The notes: generated by a model from the sequence alone, not told the origin. A stretch of 64,000 bases of DNA from Bacillales bacterium UBA4682 (GCA_002404995.1 DHKY01000014.1:7524-71523); one strand, 5' to 3'; counted from the first letter of the stretch, positions 1-9,162 are shown. Numbers and translations are program-made.

Positions 1-2
1 AT

Positions 3-1223
3 GTCCAATACGGTACGATTCCGACATATGACAAACAGTATCCAACTAGAGCCAAGGATGATGCCTATAGCTATGAATTCAGCGGATGGAATCCGTCAGT
101 CACGGCCGTGATTGGAAACCAAACTTATGTTGCTACTTTCTTCAAGACCAATAACCGGTATTTGGTTAAATTTGTCGATGAAGATGGTTCCCTTCTTCAA
201 AGCTCTTATGTAGACTATGGATCAACTCCATCGTTTAATCAATATTACAGTCCTAAAAAAGAGAGCACGGCCCAATATGACTATGTTTTTAAGGGATGGG
301 ACAAGGAACTATCTCCTGTTACGGAAGATGTAACATTTACAGCCGTATATAGCAAAAAAATCCGGTCGTATACCATAAAGTGGGTTGCGAATGGTTATAC
401 CATCAAAAGCGAACAGGTCGATTATGGCCAAATCCCAAATCAGCCTTCTTTGGCTGAGGTCCCAGATAAGAGTCCGTCCAATGAATACACATATCAATTC
501 AAGGGATGGGATAGAGAAATCGAAGCTGTAACCGGAAATACGACTTATACTGCCGTTTATGAAAGAAAAACAAGACAATATCTGGTTTCCTGGATGGGCG
601 AAAATGGAAACCTTCTTAAAAAAGAACAATGCGATTACCTGTCTTCCGTTGGCTCTTACACGCCTGATTTGACAGATAATCAGATTTTCATGGGATGGAA
701 GACCAATCAATCGAGGAGCGATTATTTGGCTTTCCCCTACACAATCACACAGGATGTTTCCTTTTATGCGACCATCGTGAACAAATTCGAGTTCACCTAC
801 CTACCACTTACCGATTCCTATTCCCTTACGAAGTCAGCTGGTACAAAAGACATGACTACTTTTCCCGCAACTTACGATGATGGGGTTCATGGCTTAAAGA
901 ACGTTACAGAAATCGGAACAAGTGCTTTTGAAGGCACTTCAATTACTTCCATGATCATTCCGGACACAGTTACATACATCCATGGTGAGGCATTCAAGAA
1001 TTGCGACTCTTTAGCAACTCTCTTCATTCCTTCCTCAGTCACCAACATCCAAGAAGGCGCTATTTACGGAGATTTGAATCTTTCTGTTTATTGTGAAGCT
1101 GAAAGAAAGCCAGAAACATGGGATGATTACTGGAATGTTGTTCACTATGTTTCTGGAAAGACTAATCATTTCTCAAATGATACCTTTAATAAAAATATCG
1201 AATGGGGCTATTCAAAAGGATAA
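3..1223 (+). CDS. Cell-surface protein, 5'-partial (reading frame is open from the window start). Has repeated Listeria-Bacteroides/InlB B-repeat (Flg_new-like) modules, motif Y.FKGWD....TYTAVY, and a C-terminal BspA-type leucine-rich repeat.
   Basis: Frame 3 has no stop from nt 3 and already encodes the repeat motif (YSYEFSGWNPSVTAVIGNQTY) upstream of the first ATG at 108. There are at least four tandem ~70-aa repeats. The C-terminus has the TpLRR-like 'IPDTVTYIHGEAFKNCDSLATLFIPSSVTNI'. Confidence 0.7.
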   Translation, partial: VQYGTIPTYDKQYPTRAKDDAYSYEFSGWNPSVTAVIGNQTYVATFFKTNNRYLVKFVDEDGSLLQSSYVDYGSTPSFNQYYSPKKESTAQYDYVFKGWDKELSPVTEDVTFTAVYSKKIRSYTIKWVANGYTIKSEQVDYGQIPNQPSLAEVPDKSPSNEYTYQFKGWDREIEAVTGNTTYTAVYERKTRQYLVSWMGENGNLLKKEQCDYLSSVGSYTPDLTDNQIFMGWKTNQSRSDYLAFPYTITQDVSFYATIVNKFEFTYLPLTDSYSLTKSAGTKDMTTFPATYDDGVHGLKNVTEIGTSAFEGTSITSMIIPDTVTYIHGEAFKNCDSLATLFIPSSVTNIQEGAIYGDLNLSVYCEAERKPETWDDYWNVVHYVSGKTNHFSNDTFNKNIEWGYSKG

Positions 1224-1325
1224 AGACCAAATAGTTTTTTGCACGTTATTCTAATCTAGAAATCAATTGGATAGACTGCTATTGGCAGTAATAATCTTCT
1301 TTTGAGTTTTCTAAGGATCTATTGG

Positions 1326-1410
1326 TTAACCCCGTGCAGGTTCAATTTCTGTCGTCCGCACCAACTCAAATGTAATGGCCTCCGATTCCTAGAAAGGAAA
1401 TCTCGGAGGT
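1326..1410 (+). repeat. Partial 3'-end copy (~85 bp) of the ncRNA-like element annotated at 3597..3928. It includes the tRNA-like 'GGTTCAATTyCTGTCGTCCGCACCA' and a hairpin/T-run terminator.
   Basis: GGATCtATTGG...CCGTGCAGGTTCAATTtCTGTCGTCCGCACCA + GCCTCCG-loop-CGGAGG-TTT aligns with 3831..3928. Sequence upstream of 1326 is unrelated. Confidence 0.6.
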
Positions 1411-1692
1411 CTTTATTATTTCCGAGCAGGTGTGGGTATGGACCCAAAATTCAACGCATATAAGGCTGGAATGGATATCGTTTTAGAAAGGTACCCTTGT
1501 GGTAGGGGAAACGGTCAAAGACGAGGTGCCGTTTATTACTAATGCAAATGCGATTGTGGAAAAGAGTTCATCGTTTCTGGCGATGAATTATCGCGCCACC
1601 CTTATTCTTGCGATTGCACGCCTAAACCAATTGTTGAAGGCGACCGTTCCAATGAGTGGGCTCTTGGGTTTCAGGATGGAACGGCTCTATGC

Positions 1693-1901
1693 ATGATTAA
1701 GCCGACAAGGAGAGTATATTTTTCATCGAAATCAGGCGTTTCTGGCATTGTCTGGGATGAGCGAAGAAAGAAATACTATGTGTCCGTTACCTTGTGTGGG
1801 AAGACCTATTTTCTAGGCTTTTTGCGGATAAAGATGAGTCCATAAAGGCCAGGGTTGCCGGCGAACAAAAATACCTCGATCCTTTATTGTCGAATCAATA
1901 G
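1693..1901 (+). pseudogene. AP2-domain protein remnant (HNH homing-endonuclease- or integrase-associated type), disrupted by a frameshift in a T5/T6 run.
   Basis: Frame 1 gives MIKPTRRVYFSSKSGVSGIVWDERRKKYYVSVTLCGKTYFLGF, then a frame slip, then ADKDESIKARVAGEQKYLDPLL. Together these make a canonical AP2 fold signature (YRGV.W....KW.A.I...GK...LG.F...EEAA.AY). Confidence 0.4.
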
Positions 1902-2126
1902 TTTGAGAAATCTTCTTTATAAAAGGTTCATGTGGTAAACTAATTATGCAGCCAACGAATCTTCAAGCTTCCGGGTTTGTGGAAGCCGACGAGCCAATCT
2001 TCTGTAATGCTATTAAGAGGATTACCCATTAGAGGTTCATAGCGATAGGTCGCTCTATCAGCTTGTCAAATGCATTCTTAAGCTGCAGACAGGAGGAAGA
2101 GTCTTTTTGCGTTCCCAAAACGCATT

Positions 2127-3059
2127 ATGAAGACTTCAGAACAAACTATGGATCTCAACAGAGAGACCGCTATGCGACTTTGGAATAAGCGTTATGGCAA
2201 AGCGACCACCGTGAAGGATTTCACTGGTCGTGAAATGGCCAAGGGCGCTTATAACGACCGCAATAGCGCAAAAGGGTGGAACGTAGATCACATCCTACCG
2301 CAAAGCAAAGGCGGTGCTACGGCCGAGCACAACTTGGCCATCTGCAACATTCAAACTAATGACGAGAAGGCGGATAAGTTCCCGAGCTTTAAAGCAAACG
2401 GAATCGTCTTTGATATCGTCAAAGTCCAGAACCATTACGAATATCGCAAACGCGAAGATTCTCCGAAAGTGGAAGAGGACGACGGGGATGTCAACTTCAT
2501 GGATTCCGCTTCCGGAATTCGCTTCTTTAAAGATTTGAAAGGAATCCAGAACAAGCCACGTTTTGTAGGTTCTATTCTAATCAGACTCAAGAATGTCGAG
2601 TCTACAGCGTTAATCGACATGATTGAAAAGTACTTCGACAAAGAGAACATCTCTTACTCTATGAGCAAAGCTTATTGCTCCGACGTAACCAGAATCATCG
2701 CCAAAAACTACAATATGCCGTTGAAAGATGATATTTCTGAACTACTTGATAAATGTATCGTCCTCAACACCTATTTGGGGCATTACTTCTTACCGATGAA
2801 ATATATCAGTGGTTACGATATTATTTTTAGAACAGATTACTTCGAACAGAAAGAGGAAATGTACATCAAGTCCCAAGGAATTGATTTCAGAGAAATCGAA
2901 AACACTGGATTCGACAATAAGCTGTTCATCAACTATATGGTTTGGAACAACAGCGAAGCCAAGGGGAAGATGCAATTCGACTCTTCTGGTTACGAAGCAT
3001 ACGATTACGTCTATACGGAATTAGCAAAAAACTTAGATAAGGAGGTTAATAGGGAGTAA
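2127..3059 (+). CDS. HNH-nuclease-domain protein. The HNH motif is N-terminal and is followed by a ~220-aa C-terminal domain of unknown function.
   Basis: GWNVDHILPQSKGGATAEHNLAICNIQTNDEKAD is a His-Me finger/HNH signature. The ORF is intact at 310 aa. Confidence 0.7.
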   Translation: MKTSEQTMDLNRETAMRLWNKRYGKATTVKDFTGREMAKGAYNDRNSAKGWNVDHILPQSKGGATAEHNLAICNIQTNDEKADKFPSFKANGIVFDIVKVQNHYEYRKREDSPKVEEDDGDVNFMDSASGIRFFKDLKGIQNKPRFVGSILIRLKNVESTALIDMIEKYFDKENISYSMSKAYCSDVTRIIAKNYNMPLKDDISELLDKCIVLNTYLGHYFLPMKYISGYDIIFRTDYFEQKEEMYIKSQGIDFREIENTGFDNKLFINYMVWNNSEAKGKMQFDSSGYEAYDYVYTELAKNLDKEVNRE

Positions 3060-3196
3060 GCAAGATACTCTGCCTCCTGAAAGCCATATAGAAGCGGTCA
3101 GCGACGACCGCTTTTTTCTATGAAGCAATCGACTATACCGAAACCAAACAAATTGCGAATAGTCGAGTGGTTTACTAATAAAAAGAGGAAAAACAT

Positions 3197-3427
3197 ATGG
3201 CCATTATTGAAACTGAAGAAGAGGTTGTTGAAGAAATTCCAAAAGTAGTCGAAGCCGAACCATTGACCCAAAAAGAAATCGAGACAATTGCAGGAGAACT
3301 TATCGAAGCAAATCCGGAAAAGCAAAAATTGATGGTTGATAACATCTACGCAAAGTCCGCTACCGTTTTTTTAAATGTGGAGTCCCCGGTTGATTTCCTG
3401 TCGCCTTTCCTGCATCTGAGGCCGTAG
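3197..3427 (+). CDS. Small acidic hypothetical protein (76 aa).
   Basis: ORF with an AG-rich RBS (aaaagaggaaaaacatATG). No recognisable domain. Confidence 0.3.
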   Translation: MAIIETEEEVVEEIPKVVEAEPLTQKEIETIAGELIEANPEKQKLMVDNIYAKSATVFLNVESPVDFLSPFLHLRP

Positions 3428-3563
3428 CTTATGATCTCGTTGTCCCAGAGATCCATGTAAAGGGTGAGCCCGCAAAAAAATGCGTCCACATACCTTAAAC
3501 AGAACACAATAGAATCCTTTCCTACCATCGAAAAAAGTTCGATGAAATCTTTGTTTTTTCCTA

Positions 3564-3591
3564 TTGTATTCGCATTTTGTTTTGTTATAAT
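3564..3591 (+). promoter_or_regulatory. Sigma-A-type promoter of ncRNA-like element copy 1: -35-like TTGTAT and an extended -10 TGtTATAAT.
   Basis: TTGTAT-N16-TGTTATAAT. The -10 element and the downstream start region are conserved in the inverted copy at ~6991. Confidence 0.5.
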
Positions 3592-3596
3592 GCTCT

Positions 3597-3928
3597 CAGG
3601 AACGAAGGCGGTTCCAACCGATGAAACACCATCGACTGGGAGGCTCTAAAGCAGAGCTTGCCATGGTTGTCCGCTTTTGTCCGCAGCCCGTCCGCAAAAG
3701 CCAATGTACGCAAGGTGTTGGCATTCTTTTTCGTACTTTGGGCTGGAAACAAATACGCTATTTTCCGTCCTGTTCCTATCATGTACTCTTTTGTCTTCTA
3801 AATTAAGGAAAAGGATATGTAGGACTTAGAATCCATTGGAGCAATCCGTGCAGGTTCAATTCCTGTCGTCCGCACCAGTAAAAATAAAAGCCTCCGGTTC
3901 CTTCTTGGGATAACCGGAGGCTTTTTTT
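3597..3928 (+). ncRNA. Unclassified structured ncRNA-like element, copy 1 (~330 nt). It runs from the promoter to an intrinsic terminator. It has a 5' hairpin GGAACGAAGGCGGUUCC and a tRNA-like 3' end ...GGUUCAAUUCCUGUCGUCCGCACCA, then a GCCUCCGG...CCGGAGGC-U7 terminator.
   Basis: No ORF. About 75-80% identical to the inverted copy at 6603..6985, with perfectly conserved blocks interspersed with substitutions. It has its own promoter and terminator. Confidence 0.5.
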
Positions 3929-3973
3929 CTACTTGCCAATAAAATGAAATAAACCAACATTTCTATTTTTCAA

Positions 3974-4674
3974 GAGAAGGATAAACAATAGTGTTGCTAT
4001 CCTCAGCATGCGGTATAATCCTTCTGCTATATCAGAGGGGTTCCGAGGCCAGCAACAGGCTGATATAGCAACTTTCTCCTGTGGAAGCGGAAGATGCAGA
4101 GAATCCCGGAAAACGCCTCGGACACAGTGCTTTCCGAAAAAGTCTGGGTTGACCACACCTACATAAACGCGCCGATGTCGGTACGGAAAGGAAAGAAAAA
4201 GTGTGGACTGTCGAAACACCTCCTCCAGGTCGCGGCAGGCATCGGCTCTCACGGCCATGTGCTTCTCCGGCTCGGGAGCTGGGGAATGGCCGGAACGGGC
4301 GATTCGAAGGATGCGTTCCTCGGACATATAGCCCCTAGCTCCGTCGTCTGCCACGACAAGGGGCACTTAGGCGGATGCTTCCCGGGGTGCTGGGAGGTGG
4401 CAGTGAACTCAGAGGACGGAGAAGCACATGGGCTCCTCAATCCGGTCAACCGGCTGTAAGCCCAGGTCAAGCGCAAGTTTACCGTGCACCTGCGGATCCA
4501 CCGCAAGAACGTTCCCCTATGGCTTAACGAGAAGGCGTTCCAGAGGGAAAGGATGGGGAGCCTGGGTTTCGACGGATACCTGTCGTTCTTCTATAAAACC
4601 ATCTTCCTATCCAGGAAAACACTCAGAAGACGCGAGGTTTTCGGGAATTAGCAACACTATTGTTTATCCTTCTC
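3974..4674. mobile_element. MITE-like non-autonomous element A (701 bp), bounded by 24-bp terminal inverted repeats GAGAAGGATAAACAATAGTGTTGC. The interior is GC-rich and non-coding.
   Basis: The left end GAGAAGGATAAACAATAGTGTTGC equals the reverse complement of the right end GCAACACTATTGTTTATCCTTCTC. The same terminal inverted repeats are found at 5714..5861 and 13255..13713. Confidence 0.55.
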
Positions 4675-5044
4675 ATAAAAAAAGATTATATCGAATTTTC
4701 CGATGCCATAATATGAAACTAACGTGTTGAATTTAAGGGGTGCTGACACATTTTATTCAGTCTTAATTCGTTACTGTAAAATGGTTTGGGTTTCCCGGTT
4801 CCTTCATTCTTTTCTATATTGTTTCTAACGTGATTTCGTAAAAGTAAGAACAAATAAGTCCTTTTCAGATGCTCGATATTGTAGAAGCCATCAATCCGGT
4901 TTAGAAGAATTCTAGCGGTTCATTTTGCATTGTCCTAGCTCATATTGTTTTCTTCGATTCTTAGTGCTGACCGAAAAGGTTTGAATGTCTGGGTCTGGAT
5001 TCTTTGCTTTGTTTCTTGTTTGGAATAGGAATTTTAATTTATCG

Positions 5045-5519
5045 GCCATGTACCCTCCTGGAAATATAAATATGCAAACAAATCAAAATCATACGAATTC
5101 AAATCGATGGAATAATAGCAATCTTGATTAGAAAGAGATCCCCCGTTCACAGAGGTGAACGGAGTTAACCAATTATCATTATCATCAACATAAGAAATCG
5201 GAGTGCCTGTAGCACCATCATGTGCATCTTTTAAACCGATAAAATAGATAAATTTACATCATTGCTTCGAAGTCTAACAATACAGTTAAGCGAATAAAAT
5301 GTCCCATTAATTCCATCTTCGACTACATTAATACCATTTGCATTCAAATAATCATCTTCTGAAATTTTACTAATAAAAAGTTCACAGGAAATCCTTGAAT
5401 CTCATGAATCTAAGCCATAATAATAACCAGCTGCAATTACATTATTTCTTTTTGAAACACAAGAAGATAGCAGGCAGATAGCGATGGATGCGACAAAGAG
5501 GCTAATTAATTTTTTGGCA
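5045..5519 (-). pseudogene. Lipoprotein pseudogene. A signal peptide with lipobox (MPKK)LISLFVASIAICLLSSC is encoded, but the frame is broken at an A6 run right after the start, and later by stops.
   Basis: Reverse-strand translation gives the AKKLISLFVASIAICLLSSCVSKRNN... signal. 'atgccaaaaaattaa' terminates in frame, and one fewer A restores MPKKLISLF. There are further in-frame stops. Confidence 0.35.
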
Positions 5520-5713
5520 TTTCGCCACCTCAATGATAATATAGCACACAGGCAATAGTTTTTTTTGCGCATATTGGTGTGACTTTGTCAATACAAATGT
5601 AACCGCCTTTCTGAAAAAAACGAGAATTCAAAAAAATTGGCTCGTATTTTGTGTCAGTTCCAACTACGTTACTCAGAGCATTATTTTTATCGCTAAAGGG
5701 GATATTTTGTATT

Positions 5714-5861
5714 GAGAAGGTTAAACAATAGTGTTCCCAGTTCTCGGGCGCAGTATAATTCCTGTATTACGTTGCTGTAGTTCCGAGGCCGGCCTCAGGA
5801 TGATATAGAAGAAAGATTATACCGCATGCTGAGGATAGCAACGCTATTGTTTATCCTTCTC
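5714..5861. mobile_element. MITE-like element B (148 bp), the minimal member of the same terminal-inverted-repeat family. It contains the palindrome GAGGCCGGCCTC.
   Basis: Terminal inverted repeats TTGAGAAGGTTAAACAATAGTGTT / AACGCTATTGTTTATCCTTCTCAA. The first ~65 nt (as reverse complement) are ~90% identical to element A's left end. The core is shared with element C. Confidence 0.55.
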
Positions 5862-5873
5862 AATAACATTGTC

Positions 5874-6509
5874 TTAAAAAACATATTCACCCCCCTTTTC
5901 AAATAATAATAATATCTCGCCCAAGCTATCATGAACTGAGCTAATGGTCGAAGTGCTGATACCTATTTCTCCTTTTCCTATTACAAAATCACAGCACATT
6001 AGTTGTAAATTAGAAGCGTTTGTCGCTTGTAGTCTATCCCACTCTACGCTAAAAGATAAATTTAATGGATTAACCTTATCAGCGAATTCATTTATATTAT
6101 GTAAGTTCAAGTCAATTGAAAACTCATCGCTATGCATTTCAACAGTCATCCTTTGACGGGGAAACACCAAATCGTATCGTTTATTATTTGCATCCTCCAA
6201 ATTGATTCCCTCGGATTTAAAACAATAAGTAACATTAAACTTATCACTATCAGCTGGAGTCCAATATCGTTGATAATTATTTGTTTTAAACACACTATAA
6301 AAAATAGAATATTCATCGAATGATTCGAAAATATATGTGCCAACAACTTTGCTGTTTGGACCGCCTTCAATAATTTTAACATCTGAAACATCATCACTGC
6401 TCAATGCACCATCACTCATTCCGCTGGAAGTATATGTGGTATGTGAAGTACAACTTGATAAGGAAAAAATCACCAGTAGAGTTGCAATTAACACTCTATC
6501 CTTTTTCAT
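5874..6509 (-). CDS. Lipoprotein (211 aa).
   Basis: MKKDRVLIATLLVIFSLSSC lipoprotein signal peptide and lipobox. Confidence 0.6.
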   Translation of the reverse strand: MKKDRVLIATLLVIFSLSSCTSHTTYTSSGMSDGALSSDDVSDVKIIEGGPNSKVVGTYIFESFDEYSIFYSVFKTNNYQRYWTPADSDKFNVTYCFKSEGINLEDANNKRYDLVFPRQRMTVEMHSDEFSIDLNLHNINEFADKVNPLNLSFSVEWDRLQATNASNLQLMCCDFVIGKGEIGISTSTISSVHDSLGEILLLFEKGGEYVF

Positions 6510-6602
6510 TTACGACCTCCTCTTGCAGAAAAAATTATAAATTAAATTTTTCTACCTTTTTCTCTTGACAAATATAATATAACATACTAAGAAAACGTTT
6601 AC

Positions 6603-6985
6603 AAAAACAAAAATAGACCACCCAACCCTACTATTGCTAATAGGATTAAGCGGTCTTTTATTATGCTTTAGCCAATGCTTTCTTAAGTGTGTTTATACTC
6701 GCCTCGATCTGGGCATTGATCTAGGTGTCGACGTCAACAAAGTTCTTGTTGATGTAGTCCTAGAGAAGGGGTTCATCCCTAAGGTTCCTTAAGGAGCTTA
6801 GAAGAGATAAAAGACGAATTTGAGCGCATTTGTTGCCAGTCAAGACAACGAAAAAGAATGCCAACCACTCGCTTTGATTGGCGTTGCGGACAGGCTGCGA
6901 ACAATAGCGGACGGCTATGGCAGGACCTGATTTTGAGACCCTTGAGCCGATGGAGTTTCACCAGTCGGAACCGCCTTCGTTCCTA
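6603..6985 (-). ncRNA. Unclassified structured ncRNA-like element, copy 2, in inverted orientation. It has the conserved -10 GCTATAATGC, the 5' hairpin GGAACGAAGGCGGUUCC, and ends in an intrinsic terminator (~6603-6660) about 95 nt upstream of the lipoprotein gene 6509..5874.
   Basis: The reverse complement aligns with 3470..3870 over ~350 nt, with identical blocks such as CCTTAAACAGAACACAATAGAA, GGAACGAAGGCGGTTCC and TTGGCATTCTTTTTCGT. It lacks the CCA-type 3' end of copy 1. Confidence 0.45.
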
Positions 6986-7347
6986 GTTGCATTATAGCAA
7001 ACGGAAATGCGTTTTCAAATAGAAATTTCATCGAATTTATCGAAACTTTTTGGATGCTAGAATAGGGTTCTATTGTGTTCTGTTTAAGGGCTATGGACGC
7101 ATTGGTTTTGCTTAAATTCATTCAATATCGATAGGTTATTTACTCTTCTTGAAAATCACTTTAACCGCCGTGGTACAATAAATATAGAATCACGTTTTCT
7201 AATATCAAATAATTAAGTGCTATGGTTCCAAGTTACTATTTAAGTAACTAATCTGGTGAAATTGCCAGATGCATTGCCGTTTGGAACTGTTGAAAAAATG
7301 GGGAAATACTTTGGTAGTGTTGAGACTTCATAAAAGGAGACATTAAA

Positions 7348-9162
7348 ATGGATGTAAACGCAGAAAAAATGAATTTCGATGTCAATAGTGTAAGTGTTGG
7401 CACTCTTCTTGGGTATGTTGAGGACAATACAATTGCAATTCCTGAAATTCAAAGACCTTATGTGTGGGAGGCTAAGCAAGTTCGTGATTTGATTGACTCT
7501 CTTTATAAAGGATATCCAATCGGATACATTATCACTTGGAAGAATCCTAACGTGAAGCTTAAGGATGGCTCAACGTCTGAGGGGAAACAAATTCTTATTG
7601 ATGGCCAACAAAGAGTCACTGCCCTTTCAGCGGCTCTTCTTGGAAAAGAAGTCCTTGATGCAGAGTACAAAAAGAAACGAATCAAAATCTCTTTTAACAT
7701 TAAGACCGAAACATTTGATGTTTGCAATCCTGCCAAGGAAAAAAGTCCGGAATGGATTTCGGACATTTCCCGTTTCCTCAAGCCTGGATTAGTGAATATG
7801 TATGAATTTTGTGGAGAATACGCGAAAATTTCTGGACTTGATGCCAATACAGTGAACAACAGAATATCCCGCCTTCTGAGTATTAAGGAATCGAGAGTAG
7901 GAAGAATTGAGTTATCTTCGGAAGCTGACATTGATACTGTAACTGAGATATTTGTGAGAATAAATTCACGTGGAAAGTCACTTTCTCAAGCGGATTTTGT
8001 CATGTCCAAAATCAGCGTTAATGAGAAATTCTCTGGAAATGACATAAGAAAGGCTATCGATTATTTTTCTCACTTTTTGCAAACGCCAACAGATTTTCCA
8101 CATATAAAAGATTGTGACACCGATTTTGCTTCTAAGGACATTTTCAGAAAGATGTCTTGGGCGGCTTCTTATTCAGATAATCTTTATAAGCCAGACTATT
8201 CTGACATGCTTAGAGTTGCTTTCACTTACAAATTCAAAAAAGGGAGACTTCAAGACTTGGTGAGTCTCCTTTCTGGTCGTGACTTTGAAACTAAAGAATA
8301 TAAAGAAGAGATTGCTCAGTCTAGTTTTGAAAGTCTTTATGATGGCGTCAAGGATTTTGTTAACGAAACCAATTACAATCGATACATCATGATTGTTAAA
8401 GGAACTGGAATTATAAACGAGTCCATTAAGCGGTCTCAGGGTGTTATTAATTTTGGATATATCCTTTATTTGCTCATGAAAGAGAAAAAATACCAGCCCT
8501 TTGATATTGAGAAATACGTAATGAAGTGGATTGTTTACTCTATTCTCACACAGCGATATTCTGGCTCTACTGAGACGGGTTTCGAGTACGATGTTAAGCG
8601 TTTAGATGCTTGTGGAAACATTCCCGAATATATTGATTCTCAAGCAGAAGCAGAACTTTCTGACGCTTTTTGGGAAAAGGTTCTTCCAGATCGTTTCAAT
8701 ACTTCAGTAGCTGGTAGTAGCTATTGGTATATTTTTCTTGCTGCACAAATAAAAGAAAATGATCATGCCTTTTTATCAAAAAGTAGTACTGTCAAAGACT
8801 TACTTGAGCAGAGAGGAGATGTTCATCATATTTTCCCGAAAAAATATTTGATTAAAAATGGTATAGATATTAAGCAGCGATATAATCAAATAGCAAATTA
8901 CGTTTATCTACAACAAGAAACAAATATTGCTATTAGCGACAGAGCACCCAACCAGTACTTTAAAGAATTAGAGGAACAGATAAATGGTGGCAAACAACGC
9001 TATGGATGCATACTTTCTCAAGACGAGCTGGAGGCCAATCTTGCCGAAAATGCTATCCCCTCAGGAATTCAGTCAATGGAATACGACTCATATGATAAAT
9101 TCCTTGAGGAACGCCGGAAACTTATGGCTGAAAAGATTAAGAAATATTTTCAAAGCTTTTAG
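7348..9162 (+). CDS. GmrSD-like type IV (modification-dependent) restriction endonuclease: N-terminal DUF262 (ParB-like NTPase/nuclease) and C-terminal DUF1524 (HNH/His-Me finger).
   Basis: N-terminal IAIPEIQRPYVWE...LIDGQQRVTAL (DUF262 motifs). C-terminal DVHHIFPKKYL...NYVYLQQETNIAIS (DUF1524). Confidence 0.8.
   Translation: MDVNAEKMNFDVNSVSVGTLLGYVEDNTIAIPEIQRPYVWEAKQVRDLIDSLYKGYPIGYIITWKNPNVKLKDGSTSEGKQILIDGQQRVTALSAALLGKEVLDAEYKKKRIKISFNIKTETFDVCNPAKEKSPEWISDISRFLKPGLVNMYEFCGEYAKISGLDANTVNNRISRLLSIKESRVGRIELSSEADIDTVTEIFVRINSRGKSLSQADFVMSKISVNEKFSGNDIRKAIDYFSHFLQTPTDFPHIKDCDTDFASKDIFRKMSWAASYSDNLYKPDYSDMLRVAFTYKFKKGRLQDLVSLLSGRDFETKEYKEEIAQSSFESLYDGVKDFVNETNYNRYIMIVKGTGIINESIKRSQGVINFGYILYLLMKEKKYQPFDIEKYVMKWIVYSILTQRYSGSTETGFEYDVKRLDACGNIPEYIDSQAEAELSDAFWEKVLPDRFNTSVAGSSYWYIFLAAQIKENDHAFLSKSSTVKDLLEQRGDVHHIFPKKYLIKNGIDIKQRYNQIANYVYLQQETNIAISDRAPNQYFKELEEQINGGKQRYGCILSQDELEANLAENAIPSGIQSMEYDSYDKFLEERRKLMAEKIKKYFQSF

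Noticed and set aside
309-880. Internal and antisense ORFs (309..710 minus, 695..880 plus) within the surface-protein gene.
   Set aside because: They are embedded in a strongly supported repeat-containing coding frame and have no independent support.
3597-3700. Motifs reminiscent of a cobalamin riboswitch (GGUGAAACUCC in copy 2, GACUGGGAGGC resembling the B12 box, CCUGCC).
   Set aside because: The spacing between the motifs is far too short for the cobalamin aptamer (~35 nt versus over 100 nt). The core GGGAA / CCCGC / ACUGU elements are missing, and the motifs are not shared consistently by both copies.
3800-3877. The tRNA-like 3' end (T-arm GCAGG-UUCAAUU-CCUGU plus CGUCCGC-A-CCA) suggested a tRNA or tmRNA gene, a classic island integration target.
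   Set aside because: No complementary 5' acceptor strand (GCGGACG or G·U variants) is present upstream, and there is no D-arm or anticodon arm. tmRNA would require G3·U70 (position 70 is C here) and a tag ORF ending ...AA-stop, which is absent. The 3' end is treated as part of the unclassified ncRNA-like element.
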